A DNA stretch of 64,000 nucleotides from an uncultured Pelagibacteraceae bacterium (GTDB lineage Bacteria > Pseudomonadota > Alphaproteobacteria > Pelagibacterales > Pelagibacteraceae). The notes under the pieces are model-generated. The model did no database searches. It was not told the DNA's origin and was given only the letters and a program-made list of their open reading frames with translations. The stretch is taken from contig CACHQB010000005.1 in assembly GCA_902581925.1 (NCBI GenBank), forward strand, positions 6,996 to 70,995. The letters are read 5' to 3'. Below are positions 50,039 through 59,163 of this stretch, piece by piece (position 1 is the stretch's first letter; each line of letters begins with the position of its first letter). The position numbers were made by a program, and so were the translations under genes.

Positions 50039-51367
50039 ATGATAGATATTTTTTCCTTAAAAGTTGAAGAAATCGCTTCAAAAATAAAAGATGCTCAACT
50101 TACTTCAGTCGAAGTATGTGAGAAGTACATTGAAAGAATAAATAAATTTGAAAAAGATGTTAAGGCTTGGGCACATTTTGATAAAAAACTTTTACTAGTA
50201 AAAGCTTCTGAGGCTGATGAATACAGAAGATCGGGAAAACCCACAGGACCTTTGCATGGCATTCCTGTAGCTATAAAAGATATTGTTGGAACAGTTGATA
50301 TGCCAACAGAATGTGGAACAGTTATTAGAAAAGGAAAATCTTACTCACAAAATGCAGAAATTATTGATTTGCTTTTAGCAGCTGGTGCAATTGTAATGGG
50401 CAAAACTGCTACAGCTGAATTAGCTTATCTTGGTCCTGCTAAAACAACCAATCCACATGATCACTCTAGAACTCCAGGTGGTTCATCGAGTGGGTCTGCT
50501 GCTGCTGTTGCATCATTTATGGCACCTCTATCAATAGGATCGCAAACAGGTGGTTCAGTTATAAGACCAGCATCTTACTGTGGTGTTGTTGGGTACAAAC
50601 CAACTTATGGACTTATATCAAGAAATGGAGTGCTTAAAACTTCCGAAAAATTAGATCATGTTGGTTTATTTGGTAAAACAGTTGAAGATGTAGCACTACT
50701 TGCAAAAGTTTTAATTAAAAAAGATAAATTTGATACTGCAACTGTTTACTATTCAGCTGATGGTATACTTGAAGAAACAAAAAAAGGACCATTATTTGAA
50801 CCAAAATTTATTTTTTATAAAACAGACCATTGGAAAAATATTGAAAAAAAATCTAGAGAAGCTTTTGAATATTTTATTAAATCTTTTAAAAAAAATATCG
50901 AAATTTTCGATACCCCATCTTATTTTAAAGACATTCATAAGTATCATCAGATAATTCATGAAACAGATTTAGCAAACAATTTTGGATTATATTATAAAAA
51001 GTATAAAAAAAAATTATCTAAACCCATGCAAGATGCTATTGTTAAAGGCAATAAACATTCAGCAAAAGAGTATGCAGAAGCCATAGATTTTATGAAAAGA
51101 AGTTACGAGTCTTATGAAGAAGTATTTGAAGATTATCATGGCGTATTATCACCTTCTAGTCCAGGTGTTGCTCCTAAAAGCTTGAAGAGTACTGGTTCTG
51201 CAGAATTTAATAAAGTATGGTCTTATTTAGGAACTCCATGTATTTCTCTTCCACTTTTACAAGGAGAGGGTAAAATGCCATTAGGTGTTCAATTAATTGG
51301 TGCAAAATTTGATGATCATAGATTTTTAGGTGTTGCTAATTGGCTAGAAAAGGAATGTAATAAATAA
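50039..51367 (+). CDS. Amidase signature family enzyme
   Basis: LHGIPVAIKD, TPGGSSSGSAAAVA, GSQTGGSVIRPASYCG. Confidence 0.92.
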   Translation: MIDIFSLKVEEIASKIKDAQLTSVEVCEKYIERINKFEKDVKAWAHFDKKLLLVKASEADEYRRSGKPTGPLHGIPVAIKDIVGTVDMPTECGTVIRKGKSYSQNAEIIDLLLAAGAIVMGKTATAELAYLGPAKTTNPHDHSRTPGGSSSGSAAAVASFMAPLSIGSQTGGSVIRPASYCGVVGYKPTYGLISRNGVLKTSEKLDHVGLFGKTVEDVALLAKVLIKKDKFDTATVYYSADGILEETKKGPLFEPKFIFYKTDHWKNIEKKSREAFEYFIKSFKKNIEIFDTPSYFKDIHKYHQIIHETDLANNFGLYYKKYKKKLSKPMQDAIVKGNKHSAKEYAEAIDFMKRSYESYEEVFEDYHGVLSPSSPGVAPKSLKSTGSAEFNKVWSYLGTPCISLPLLQGEGKMPLGVQLIGAKFDDHRFLGVANWLEKECNK

Positions 51368-51544
51368 ATGCAAAAGTTTACAGTATTTTTAGGAACTTTA
51401 CTTGCAACTGCATTTCTAGTTGGCTTGGCCACTACTTTAACTAGATCAACTATGATTAGTTTTTTTGATGTTTTGCCAGTTTATATATTGATGGCAATCG
51501 CAATCTTCATGATGATCTATGAAGCTTTTTTTGACAAAAAATAA
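51368..51544 (+). CDS. Small two-TM membrane protein (58 aa)
   Basis: Below the ORF-track cutoff. MQKFTVFLGTLLATAFLVGLATTLTRSTMISFFDVLPVYILMAIAIFMMIYEAFFDKK; ATG immediately after the amidase stop. Confidence 0.75.
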   Translation: MQKFTVFLGTLLATAFLVGLATTLTRSTMISFFDVLPVYILMAIAIFMMIYEAFFDKK

Positions 51545-51558
51545 TTTTATTTAATTAA

Positions 51559-51653
51559 AAATTTACTACCTCAGATTGTAATACAATACTTTAAAGTTAT
51601 TTTAATCTAGACTTAAACGCACATTTGTAATTTACTCTGTACAGTTAATTAAC
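51559..51653 (+). promoter_or_regulatory. Upstream region of TRAP-2 with motifs shared with TRAP-1
   Basis: AAATTTACTACCTCAG (51559-74), ATTGTAATACAAT (51575-87), CAGTTAATTAAC (51642-53). Confidence 0.55.
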
Positions 51654-51671
51654 AAAGAAGAGGAGATACTA

Positions 51672-52796
51672 ATGATTAAAGAAAAAAAATCATTGAAGGT
51701 TTCTAGATCACCTTCAAGACGTAAGTTCTTTAAAACTGCAGCTGCAACTGGTGTTGCTGCTGTTGCTTTATCTGCTCCAGCTGTTGCCAAAGAAAGAGTC
51801 GAAGCTTCTATGGTAGCTACTTGGCCTAGAGATTTTCCAGGCCTAGGAACTGGTGCACAAAGACTTGCTCAAAGATTAAGCGATATGAGTGACGGTAGAA
51901 TTCAAGTTACTTATTATGCTGCTAACGAAAGGGTAAAAGCATTTGACTCGTTTGACGAAGTTGCATCTGGTAACTCTCAAATGTATCATGGTGCTGATTA
52001 CTACTGGGTTAAAAAACACCCTGCATTTGGATATTTTACTGCCGTTCCATTTGGTTTCACATATGCTGAAATGAATGCGTGGTTAAAATTTGCTGGTGGA
52101 CAAGAGTTGTGGGACGAATTAACAGATGATTTCGGAACACAAAGTTTTGCTGCTGGTAATACTGGAGTGCAAATGGGTGGTTGGTTTAACAAAAAAATTA
52201 GATCAGCGAATGACTTTAAAGGTTTAAAAATGCGTATGCCTGGTTTAGGTGGACAAGTACTTGGAAAACTAGGTGGTTCTCCAATTTCACTTCCTGGTGG
52301 ACAAATTTATGAAAACCTTGTTTCAGGTGCAATTGATGCAACAGAATGGGTAGGACCTTGGAATGATGAAGCTATGAAGTTCCAGGAAGCTGCTAAGTAT
52401 TATTACTATCCAGGAATGCATGAACCAGGATCTACACTAGCTTGTGGAGTGAACAAATCTTGGTTTACTAGTTTGTCAAAATCAGATCAGTTAATCATTA
52501 AAACTGCATGTGATTGGGCTGACACAACTACAATGGCTGAATACAATGCTAAAAACGGAGCTGCACTAGCACGATTAGTTAATGAAAGTGGAGTTAAACT
52601 AGAGAAGTTCAACGATAAAGTTTACGATGCTTTCGCTAAAGGTGCTGCTGAAGTTTTCGATGAAGTTCAACAACATAGTGCTCTTGCTAAGAAAGTACAT
52701 GCTGCCTTTGTTAAAGGTCGTAAGGAAATTGGTGCTTGGACTAACTTGTCTGACGGGCCATATGTTGCTCAAAGAAATAGAGCATTAGGAGTATAA
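51672..52796 (+). CDS. TRAP transporter substrate-binding protein (TakP-like, Tat signal)
   Basis: SRRKFFK, AGNTGVQMGGWFNK, LKMRMPG, IDATEWVGP, YYYPGMHEPG. Confidence 0.93.
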   Translation: MIKEKKSLKVSRSPSRRKFFKTAAATGVAAVALSAPAVAKERVEASMVATWPRDFPGLGTGAQRLAQRLSDMSDGRIQVTYYAANERVKAFDSFDEVASGNSQMYHGADYYWVKKHPAFGYFTAVPFGFTYAEMNAWLKFAGGQELWDELTDDFGTQSFAAGNTGVQMGGWFNKKIRSANDFKGLKMRMPGLGGQVLGKLGGSPISLPGGQIYENLVSGAIDATEWVGPWNDEAMKFQEAAKYYYYPGMHEPGSTLACGVNKSWFTSLSKSDQLIIKTACDWADTTTMAEYNAKNGAALARLVNESGVKLEKFNDKVYDAFAKGAAEVFDEVQQHSALAKKVHAAFVKGRKEIGAWTNLSDGPYVAQRNRALGV

Positions 52797-52816
52797 TTTA
52801 ATTCTAATTATTAACT

Positions 52817-52844
52817 AGAGGGCCCTTAAATGGGCCCTCTTTTT
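52817..52844 (+). terminator. Intrinsic terminator/attenuator after TRAP-2 SBP gene
   Basis: AGAGGGCCC-TTAAAT-GGGCCCTCT followed by TTTT. Confidence 0.85.
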
Positions 52845-52868
52845 ATATATCACTAAAAGATTTTAAAT

Positions 52869-53852
52869 ATGGTTGAGAAAAATAACTTATCTATTTTAAT
52901 AAGAATATTTAGTTATTCTATCTTAGCTTTAACTTTAGTTTTTTTAATAAATAATGTTTTAACAGTTTGGTTTGAGTGGCCAGGAGTTAAAAAACTTTTT
53001 GCTCATTATGAATTATTTGGATTTAAAAAATTAAATAAGCCTTTAGAGGGGCTTGCAATAAACTTATCATATACTCAATTACTATTTTATTTTGCTTCTT
53101 TTATAGGAGTAATATTTTTTGTTTTGAAGTCTATAAAACAAACATTACAAACAGATTCTGAGATCTTAACAAAAATTACAGCTTACGTTGTAAGATCCTC
53201 TTTCTGGGCAGTATTAATTGTTGGAGTAGCAGATTTTTTAATCTCATTCATGGTTGTAGAAAAATTAGTTGAGCCAATTTTTGGAGAACAAGTTAAAATT
53301 AATTTAGTAAAACCTGCTTTCAGAATTACATATATTCACTTTCCTCTAATATTAGCCTCTTTTGTAATTGGTTATTTCACTAGATCCGTAGGGTTTATTT
53401 GGTTAGCAGTTTTAGTTGTTGGAAGTGAATTTTTGATAGTTCTCTCAAGATTCATATTTCAGTATGAACAAGCATTTCAGGGTGATCTTGTTCGTTTTTG
53501 GTATGCTGCCCTTTATTTATTTGCAAGCGCATATGCGTTAATTCACGAGGGTCATGTAAGAGTTGACGTTCTTTATACTGGTTTTAGTGAACGTAAAAAA
53601 GCATGGACTAATGCAATTGGATCTTTAATTCTAGGAATTCCTTTATGTTTGATTGTAATTTTTTTAGGCATGGGTGGTAAAGCTAGCATCATTAATGGTC
53701 CAGTAATTTCGTTTGAAATTACGCAGCAAGGTTCAAACGGATTATATTTACTTTATTTAATGGCGGTTTATTTAGCTGTTTTTGCAGTAAGTATGTTAAC
53801 TCAATTTACAAGCTACTTCATGAGTAGCAGTCATAAACTTTTAAAAAATTAA
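52869..53852 (+). CDS. TRAP small permease (DctQ) with extra N-terminal TM segments
   Basis: C-terminal half contains GHVRVDVLY; 327 aa. Confidence 0.85.
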   Translation: MVEKNNLSILIRIFSYSILALTLVFLINNVLTVWFEWPGVKKLFAHYELFGFKKLNKPLEGLAINLSYTQLLFYFASFIGVIFFVLKSIKQTLQTDSEILTKITAYVVRSSFWAVLIVGVADFLISFMVVEKLVEPIFGEQVKINLVKPAFRITYIHFPLILASFVIGYFTRSVGFIWLAVLVVGSEFLIVLSRFIFQYEQAFQGDLVRFWYAALYLFASAYALIHEGHVRVDVLYTGFSERKKAWTNAIGSLILGIPLCLIVIFLGMGGKASIINGPVISFEITQQGSNGLYLLYLMAVYLAVFAVSMLTQFTSYFMSSSHKLLKN

Positions 53853-53855
53853 ATA

Positions 53856-56507
53856 ATGGAACATTTATTTTTAGCTTTACTTGTAATTATAATGATTGGT
53901 GCTTTAGCTTCTGGGTTTCCAGTTGCTTTCGCATTACCTGGGTCAGCAATAATTTCAATTGGGCTAGCTGCTTTTTTTGGCTATTTATTTGCAGGAGATA
54001 GTAGTGCTTATTTTGCTGTTGATGGCCCTAAAGAATGGTTAACCGCCGGTATTACAAACTTTAGGAGTAACTACTGGGATGTAGAAACTGACACTTTAAT
54101 TGCGATACCTTTATTTATTTTCATGGGGATCATGCTGCAAAAATCGAAAATTGCAGAAGATCTTTTAGTTACAATGGGACAGTTATTTGGACCCATTCCT
54201 GGAGGTCTAGGAATATCAGTAATTTTTGTTGGAGCATTACTTGCAGCTACCACAGGTATTGTTGGTGCAACGGTAATAGCAATGGGACTAATATCACTAC
54301 CTACAATGCTTAATAATAAATATGATAAAAGTCTAGCAAGTGGAATCGTTTGTTCTTCAGGAACTCTTGGACAAATTATACCTCCTTCAATTGTATTAAT
54401 TATTATTGCCGATCAATTGGCAAGTGCAGCTGATGTTGCAAATACTATGCGTCAAACTGATTATAAAATTTTAACTGGTGAATTTAATATGCCAGGAGAA
54501 TTTAGAGTTGGTTCTACTTCTGCAGGAGATATGTTTTTGGGAGCACTATTGCCTGGTTTAGTATTGGTTGGTTTGTATATGCTTTATGTATTTGTGTATG
54601 CAAGATTAAATCCTAAGGCAGCTCCTCCTGTTCCATTTAAAGGAAATTTTGACTCAAAATTTTGGATTAAGGTTTTAATAGTAATTATTCCTCCCCTTGC
54701 TTTAATTTTCGCGGTTTTAGGATCTATACTTTTAGGTATTGCAACCGTTAACCAAGCTGGATCAATTGGAGCAATAGGTGCAACCATGATGGCTGGTTAT
54801 CGTTTACATAAAGGAAAAAAAGATGCTTACTATCCAATTATAATTGCAATTTTATCTGTCATTCCAATTTATATTTTATCTAAGAATTATAATTTAAATA
54901 TTAAGGCTGTAGAAACTAGAGATCTTACAGCAATTTTTATCACAGGATTTTTTACTACTACTTTTTTAATTGGAATTGTTTGGAGTTTTTGGAGAGCATA
55001 CAAAGTTGAGAATGTTTTGAGAGAGGTTGTTACTGAAACATGTGTAACGACTTCAATGGTCTTTATAATTTTATTAGGAGCTGCAATGTTAACCTCTGGA
55101 TTTAGAGCGTTTGGAGGTGAAGAGCTAGTAAGAGATTTTCTTCAAGATTTGCCAGGGGGATTTTGGACACAGTTTATTGTTGTAATGGCAGTAATTTTTT
55201 TACTAGGTTTCTTTCTTGATTTTATAGAAATAGCCGTTGTTGTTGTTCCTATCATTGCTCCGATATTATTAGCTGAACCAGGAGCTAATGTAAGTGCAAT
55301 TTGGCTTGGTGTAATGATTGGGGTAAATTTACAAACCTCATTTTTAACACCACCATTTGGTTTTGCATTATTTTACTTAAAAGGTGTAGCTTCAAAACTT
55401 GTTACTACTTTAAATATCTGGAAAGGTGTTGTTCCATTCATTATTTTACAATTAATAGGTCTTGGAATTGTTGGTTTCTATCCATCATTAGTAAACTATC
55501 TACCAGCAAGAACATATTTAACGTCAAACGTTGCTCCACCACCGATGAATCCAAAGTTACAATATTGCCTACAAGAGTACAAATTTGCGATTTACAACAC
55601 TGAAGAACAAAGAATTACTAATGCAATAAAAGACATGCAGAAATTAACTCCCTCAAATCTTCCAATGGATAAATTAGATATTTTTGAAGAGCATTTTGAT
55701 AATGCGCTTGGGACTTTTGCTATTGTTAAAAAACTTCAAAAAACAGAGGAAGAATATGAATTATTCACAAAAGATTATAGGGACTTGCATTTTAATGTAA
55801 GAAAAATTGAGAAAAAAATTAGAAAAATAGACCAGAAAATTAAAAAAACAAAAGCTGAAATTAGAAATTTAGATGATGATAACTTATCAATTAAAAATAA
55901 ATTAGAATTAAAGATCGAGAATTACGAGCTAGAAATTAAAGAACTTCAAGATAAAGTTCCTGAAAGTTGGAAAGCTAAAAATGGAGAGTTTGAAATACTG
56001 CACAAAGCAAAAAACACAAGAACAAAAAGGTATAGAAAAAATGTTGATGAAGCTTATGAAACTCTGGATCAAATAGTAATGTTTATAAATGATAATGAAA
56101 AATTAAAAGAACTTTCATCAGAAATAAAAGAATTAAAATATAATATTGATAATAAAAATTACGAAAACTCAATATCAGTAATTGATAATCTTTTTGAAAA
56201 ACTAGGAGAAATTTCTGGAACCGAAGAATTTGCAAATAAATTAGATGACCTAATATCTGTTATAGATAATGATGTGGTAGATGAGCAAAAATTAACCGAA
56301 GTAAGTTCAGAAACTTTCAATCTTTTCAATTTAGAAGTTTCATGGAGAGATGATGCTAATAAGAATTTGATGCCTGAATTAATTAAATATAATGATGTTA
56401 TCAAACATAATATTGGTCTAAGACTTCAAAACAGATTAACTAAAGAACAAGCTAAATTTGTTGCAAGGTGTAATTCAGTTCATAGAGATATATCTTTAAA
56501 TTTTTAA
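53856..56507 (+). CDS. TRAP large permease (DctM) with long soluble C-terminal extension
   Basis: GFPVAF, AIPLFIFMG, GTLGQIIPPS, NLQTSFLTPPFG, then about 330 hydrophilic helical residues. Confidence 0.9.
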   Translation: MEHLFLALLVIIMIGALASGFPVAFALPGSAIISIGLAAFFGYLFAGDSSAYFAVDGPKEWLTAGITNFRSNYWDVETDTLIAIPLFIFMGIMLQKSKIAEDLLVTMGQLFGPIPGGLGISVIFVGALLAATTGIVGATVIAMGLISLPTMLNNKYDKSLASGIVCSSGTLGQIIPPSIVLIIIADQLASAADVANTMRQTDYKILTGEFNMPGEFRVGSTSAGDMFLGALLPGLVLVGLYMLYVFVYARLNPKAAPPVPFKGNFDSKFWIKVLIVIIPPLALIFAVLGSILLGIATVNQAGSIGAIGATMMAGYRLHKGKKDAYYPIIIAILSVIPIYILSKNYNLNIKAVETRDLTAIFITGFFTTTFLIGIVWSFWRAYKVENVLREVVTETCVTTSMVFIILLGAAMLTSGFRAFGGEELVRDFLQDLPGGFWTQFIVVMAVIFLLGFFLDFIEIAVVVVPIIAPILLAEPGANVSAIWLGVMIGVNLQTSFLTPPFGFALFYLKGVASKLVTTLNIWKGVVPFIILQLIGLGIVGFYPSLVNYLPARTYLTSNVAPPPMNPKLQYCLQEYKFAIYNTEEQRITNAIKDMQKLTPSNLPMDKLDIFEEHFDNALGTFAIVKKLQKTEEEYELFTKDYRDLHFNVRKIEKKIRKIDQKIKKTKAEIRNLDDDNLSIKNKLELKIENYELEIKELQDKVPESWKAKNGEFEILHKAKNTRTKRYRKNVDEAYETLDQIVMFINDNEKLKELSSEIKELKYNIDNKNYENSISVIDNLFEKLGEISGTEEFANKLDDLISVIDNDVVDEQKLTEVSSETFNLFNLEVSWRDDANKNLMPELIKYNDVIKHNIGLRLQNRLTKEQAKFVARCNSVHRDISLNF

Positions 56508-56510
56508 TTA

Positions 56511-57749
56511 ATGGAAAATTATATTTTACCAAAAAAACAGGCTATTGTTGTTTTTTTTGTATTTGCATTTGGTTATTTTTTATCATGTTTGTTGCGAGCA
56601 ATTACTGCAACACTTTCCCCCGTATTAACCTCAGAATTTAATTTGTTAGCAGCCGATTTAGGATTGTTAGCTGGGGGTTATTTCTTGGGTTTTGCTTGTA
56701 TGCAAATACCTCTTGGATATTTGTTAGATAAATATGGACCAAAAAAAATTGTCTCTTCTTTTTTATTAATTGCATTAGTTGGAACAGGATCATTTGCTTT
56801 AGCTGAAAGTTTTTCTGGGTTGTTAGTTTCGCGAATTCTAATCGGCATAGGTGTTAGTGCTTGTTTAATGGCTCCATTAACTGGTTACAGAATATGGTAT
56901 GCAGAAAATCAACAACAAAGAGCAAACTCATGGATGCTAATGATTGCATCATTAGGTTTTTTGTCATCTACATTGCCTGTGCAACTTTTATTGCCTAGTC
57001 TCGGATGGAGATGGATATTTGGCGGCATCACTATCTTAATTTTAATTAGTATTTTTTTAATGTTAGTTTTCATTCCAAAATGGAATTTAACTAAAAATAA
57101 AGAGTCAGAAGAGCCAAGCAATACTGGAACTTTATCTGAAGTTTGGAAAAATAGATTTTTTATAAGTGTAATTCCAATGGGTTTATTTAATTATGGGGGC
57201 TTAATGGCTATACAAACTTTATGGGCAGGACCATGGATGACTAGAGTTGCTGGTTATACACCACTACAAAGCGCTACAGGATTATTTTGGATCAATGTAA
57301 CTATGTTGGTATCCTTTTTTTTATGGGGTTATTTTTTACCAAAAATTTCAGGAATAGGGTTTAACGCTAAAAGAATACTCAAATTAGGTTTGCCAATTAG
57401 TTTTTCTGTAATGTTAGTGATAATTTTATTAGGTCCAAAAGCAGGGGCTTTTTACATAACTTTATTTATTTTAAGTTCAATCTTTTTATCAGTTACACAG
57501 CCAGCTGTGGGCCTTTCTTTTTCAGGTTATTCTGCTGGTAAAGCACTAACTTCATTCAATTTATTAATATTTGCAGGAACATTCATAATGCAATGGCTAA
57601 TGGGCTTAGTGATAGATATTGTTAAAGGGATGGGTCACACAGAAATATTTGCTTTTAAATCAGCTTTTTCAGTTTTCTTAATCTTAAGTATTATTTCTTA
57701 TATATTTTTTTTAATATTAAATAGAAAAAAATATGAAAATAAAACGTAG
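56511..57749 (+). CDS. MFS transporter
   Basis: GYLLDKYGPKK motif A, RILIGIG, about 12 TM. Confidence 0.9.
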   Translation: MENYILPKKQAIVVFFVFAFGYFLSCLLRAITATLSPVLTSEFNLLAADLGLLAGGYFLGFACMQIPLGYLLDKYGPKKIVSSFLLIALVGTGSFALAESFSGLLVSRILIGIGVSACLMAPLTGYRIWYAENQQQRANSWMLMIASLGFLSSTLPVQLLLPSLGWRWIFGGITILILISIFLMLVFIPKWNLTKNKESEEPSNTGTLSEVWKNRFFISVIPMGLFNYGGLMAIQTLWAGPWMTRVAGYTPLQSATGLFWINVTMLVSFFLWGYFLPKISGIGFNAKRILKLGLPISFSVMLVIILLGPKAGAFYITLFILSSIFLSVTQPAVGLSFSGYSAGKALTSFNLLIFAGTFIMQWLMGLVIDIVKGMGHTEIFAFKSAFSVFLILSIISYIFFLILNRKKYENKT

Positions 57750-58551
57750 GAATTTTTTTTTGGAATTATTTATTGGTATTGTTGCTATTTACTTAATTAT
57801 TTTAATTTTCTTATTCTTTTTTCAAAGAAATTTAATGTATCATCCTGATGAGAATAATTATTCTGGAGATAATTTAGAAGTTAACATTGAAAAAGTTAAT
57901 ATTAAAACAACAGATAATATTAATCTTTTAGGTTGGTTTCATAATAAAAATTTAAAAAATTATAAAACAATAGTTTATTTTCATGGAAATGCAGGGACAC
58001 TTGAAAACAGAATCCATAAGTTAAATCATTTTAAAGACATGGATGTTAATTTTTTAATTATTGCATGGAGAGGGTTTAGCGGTAATAAAGGAAAACCAAG
58101 TGAGGAGGGTCTTTATACAGATGGTGCTAGTGCAATAAACTGGCTTAAAGAAAAAGGTCTAAAAGAAGAAGATATAATTATTTATGGAGAGTCATTAGGA
58201 ACTGGCATTGCTACTGAAATTACTCAGAATAAAAATTTTGCAGGATTAATCTTAGAAACGCCCTTTACATCAATGATAGAGGCAGCGAAAAATTTTTATC
58301 CATATATTCCAGTAGGTTTAATTTTAAAAGATAAGTATGAAAATAATGAAAAAATTAAAAATATTAATATTCCAGTATTAGTAATGCATGGTGAGGCTGA
58401 CCAAATAGTTCCATTTTGGATGGGTAAAAAAATTTTTAATTTATCAAGTGAACCTAAATATTCATATTTTACAAAATATGACGATCATATGATGGAATAT
58501 GATGATAAACTTGTATTAGCTCTTAAATCGTTTGTTGATAGTTTAAATTAA
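57733..58551 (+). CDS. Membrane-anchored alpha/beta hydrolase (ABHD13/Bem46-like)
   Basis: FHGNAG, YGESLGTG, HGEADQIVP, distal His. Confidence 0.88.
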   Translation: MKIKRRNFFLELFIGIVAIYLIILIFLFFFQRNLMYHPDENNYSGDNLEVNIEKVNIKTTDNINLLGWFHNKNLKNYKTIVYFHGNAGTLENRIHKLNHFKDMDVNFLIIAWRGFSGNKGKPSEEGLYTDGASAINWLKEKGLKEEDIIIYGESLGTGIATEITQNKNFAGLILETPFTSMIEAAKNFYPYIPVGLILKDKYENNEKIKNINIPVLVMHGEADQIVPFWMGKKIFNLSSEPKYSYFTKYDDHMMEYDDKLVLALKSFVDSLN

Positions 58552-58599
58552 GCCATAATCTAAACAAAGATTATTCAAATTTTTTTTTTAAGTTAATTT

Positions 58600-59163
58600 A
58601 TGAAAAATTTTTTCTTATTTTTTATTGTTCTTTTTTTTTTAAATAATTTATCAAATGCCAAAGAGAATTTAGCATCTGTTGACAGCCTTTTTCATATTGA
58701 TCAAATGAATTCGCACGATGAAAATTTTGCATTATATTTTAAAACTCGTGAAAAAGCTGTCTTAGCTCGAGGAGAAAATTCAAATTATATTAATGATTTT
58801 CCAAAAGATCTTTATATTTATAACTACAAAACGAAAGAGTCTTTGCCATTAATTTCTTATGAATGGTTTCCCAAAACAGCAAAATATTTTTTGCAAGAGT
58901 ATGATTTCCCAGTTTTTCCAGATGATTTTGCATATTATCTTTTAAAAGATAACAAAACTCTGGTGATGATTAGTGCTGTAAAAAGTCTAAAAGCTAATTT
59001 TAAATTTGATATTGTTGAAAAAAAGTTAGAGCTTTATCCTATAAATGGAAAATTTGATTTTATTATTTCTTCAATAGCTAAAAATTGTGGACATTATAAA
59101 TTTAAAGAACACTACAAATGTAGTTTTTATAAACCTTTAATTTCCAGTACCTTAATTAATTAA
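58600..59163 (+). CDS. Hypothetical exported protein
   Basis: Signal-peptide-like N-terminus; no recognised motif. Confidence 0.65.
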   Translation: MKNFFLFFIVLFFLNNLSNAKENLASVDSLFHIDQMNSHDENFALYFKTREKAVLARGENSNYINDFPKDLYIYNYKTKESLPLISYEWFPKTAKYFLQEYDFPVFPDDFAYYLLKDNKTLVMISAVKSLKANFKFDIVEKKLELYPINGKFDFIISSIAKNCGHYKFKEHYKCSFYKPLISSTLIN

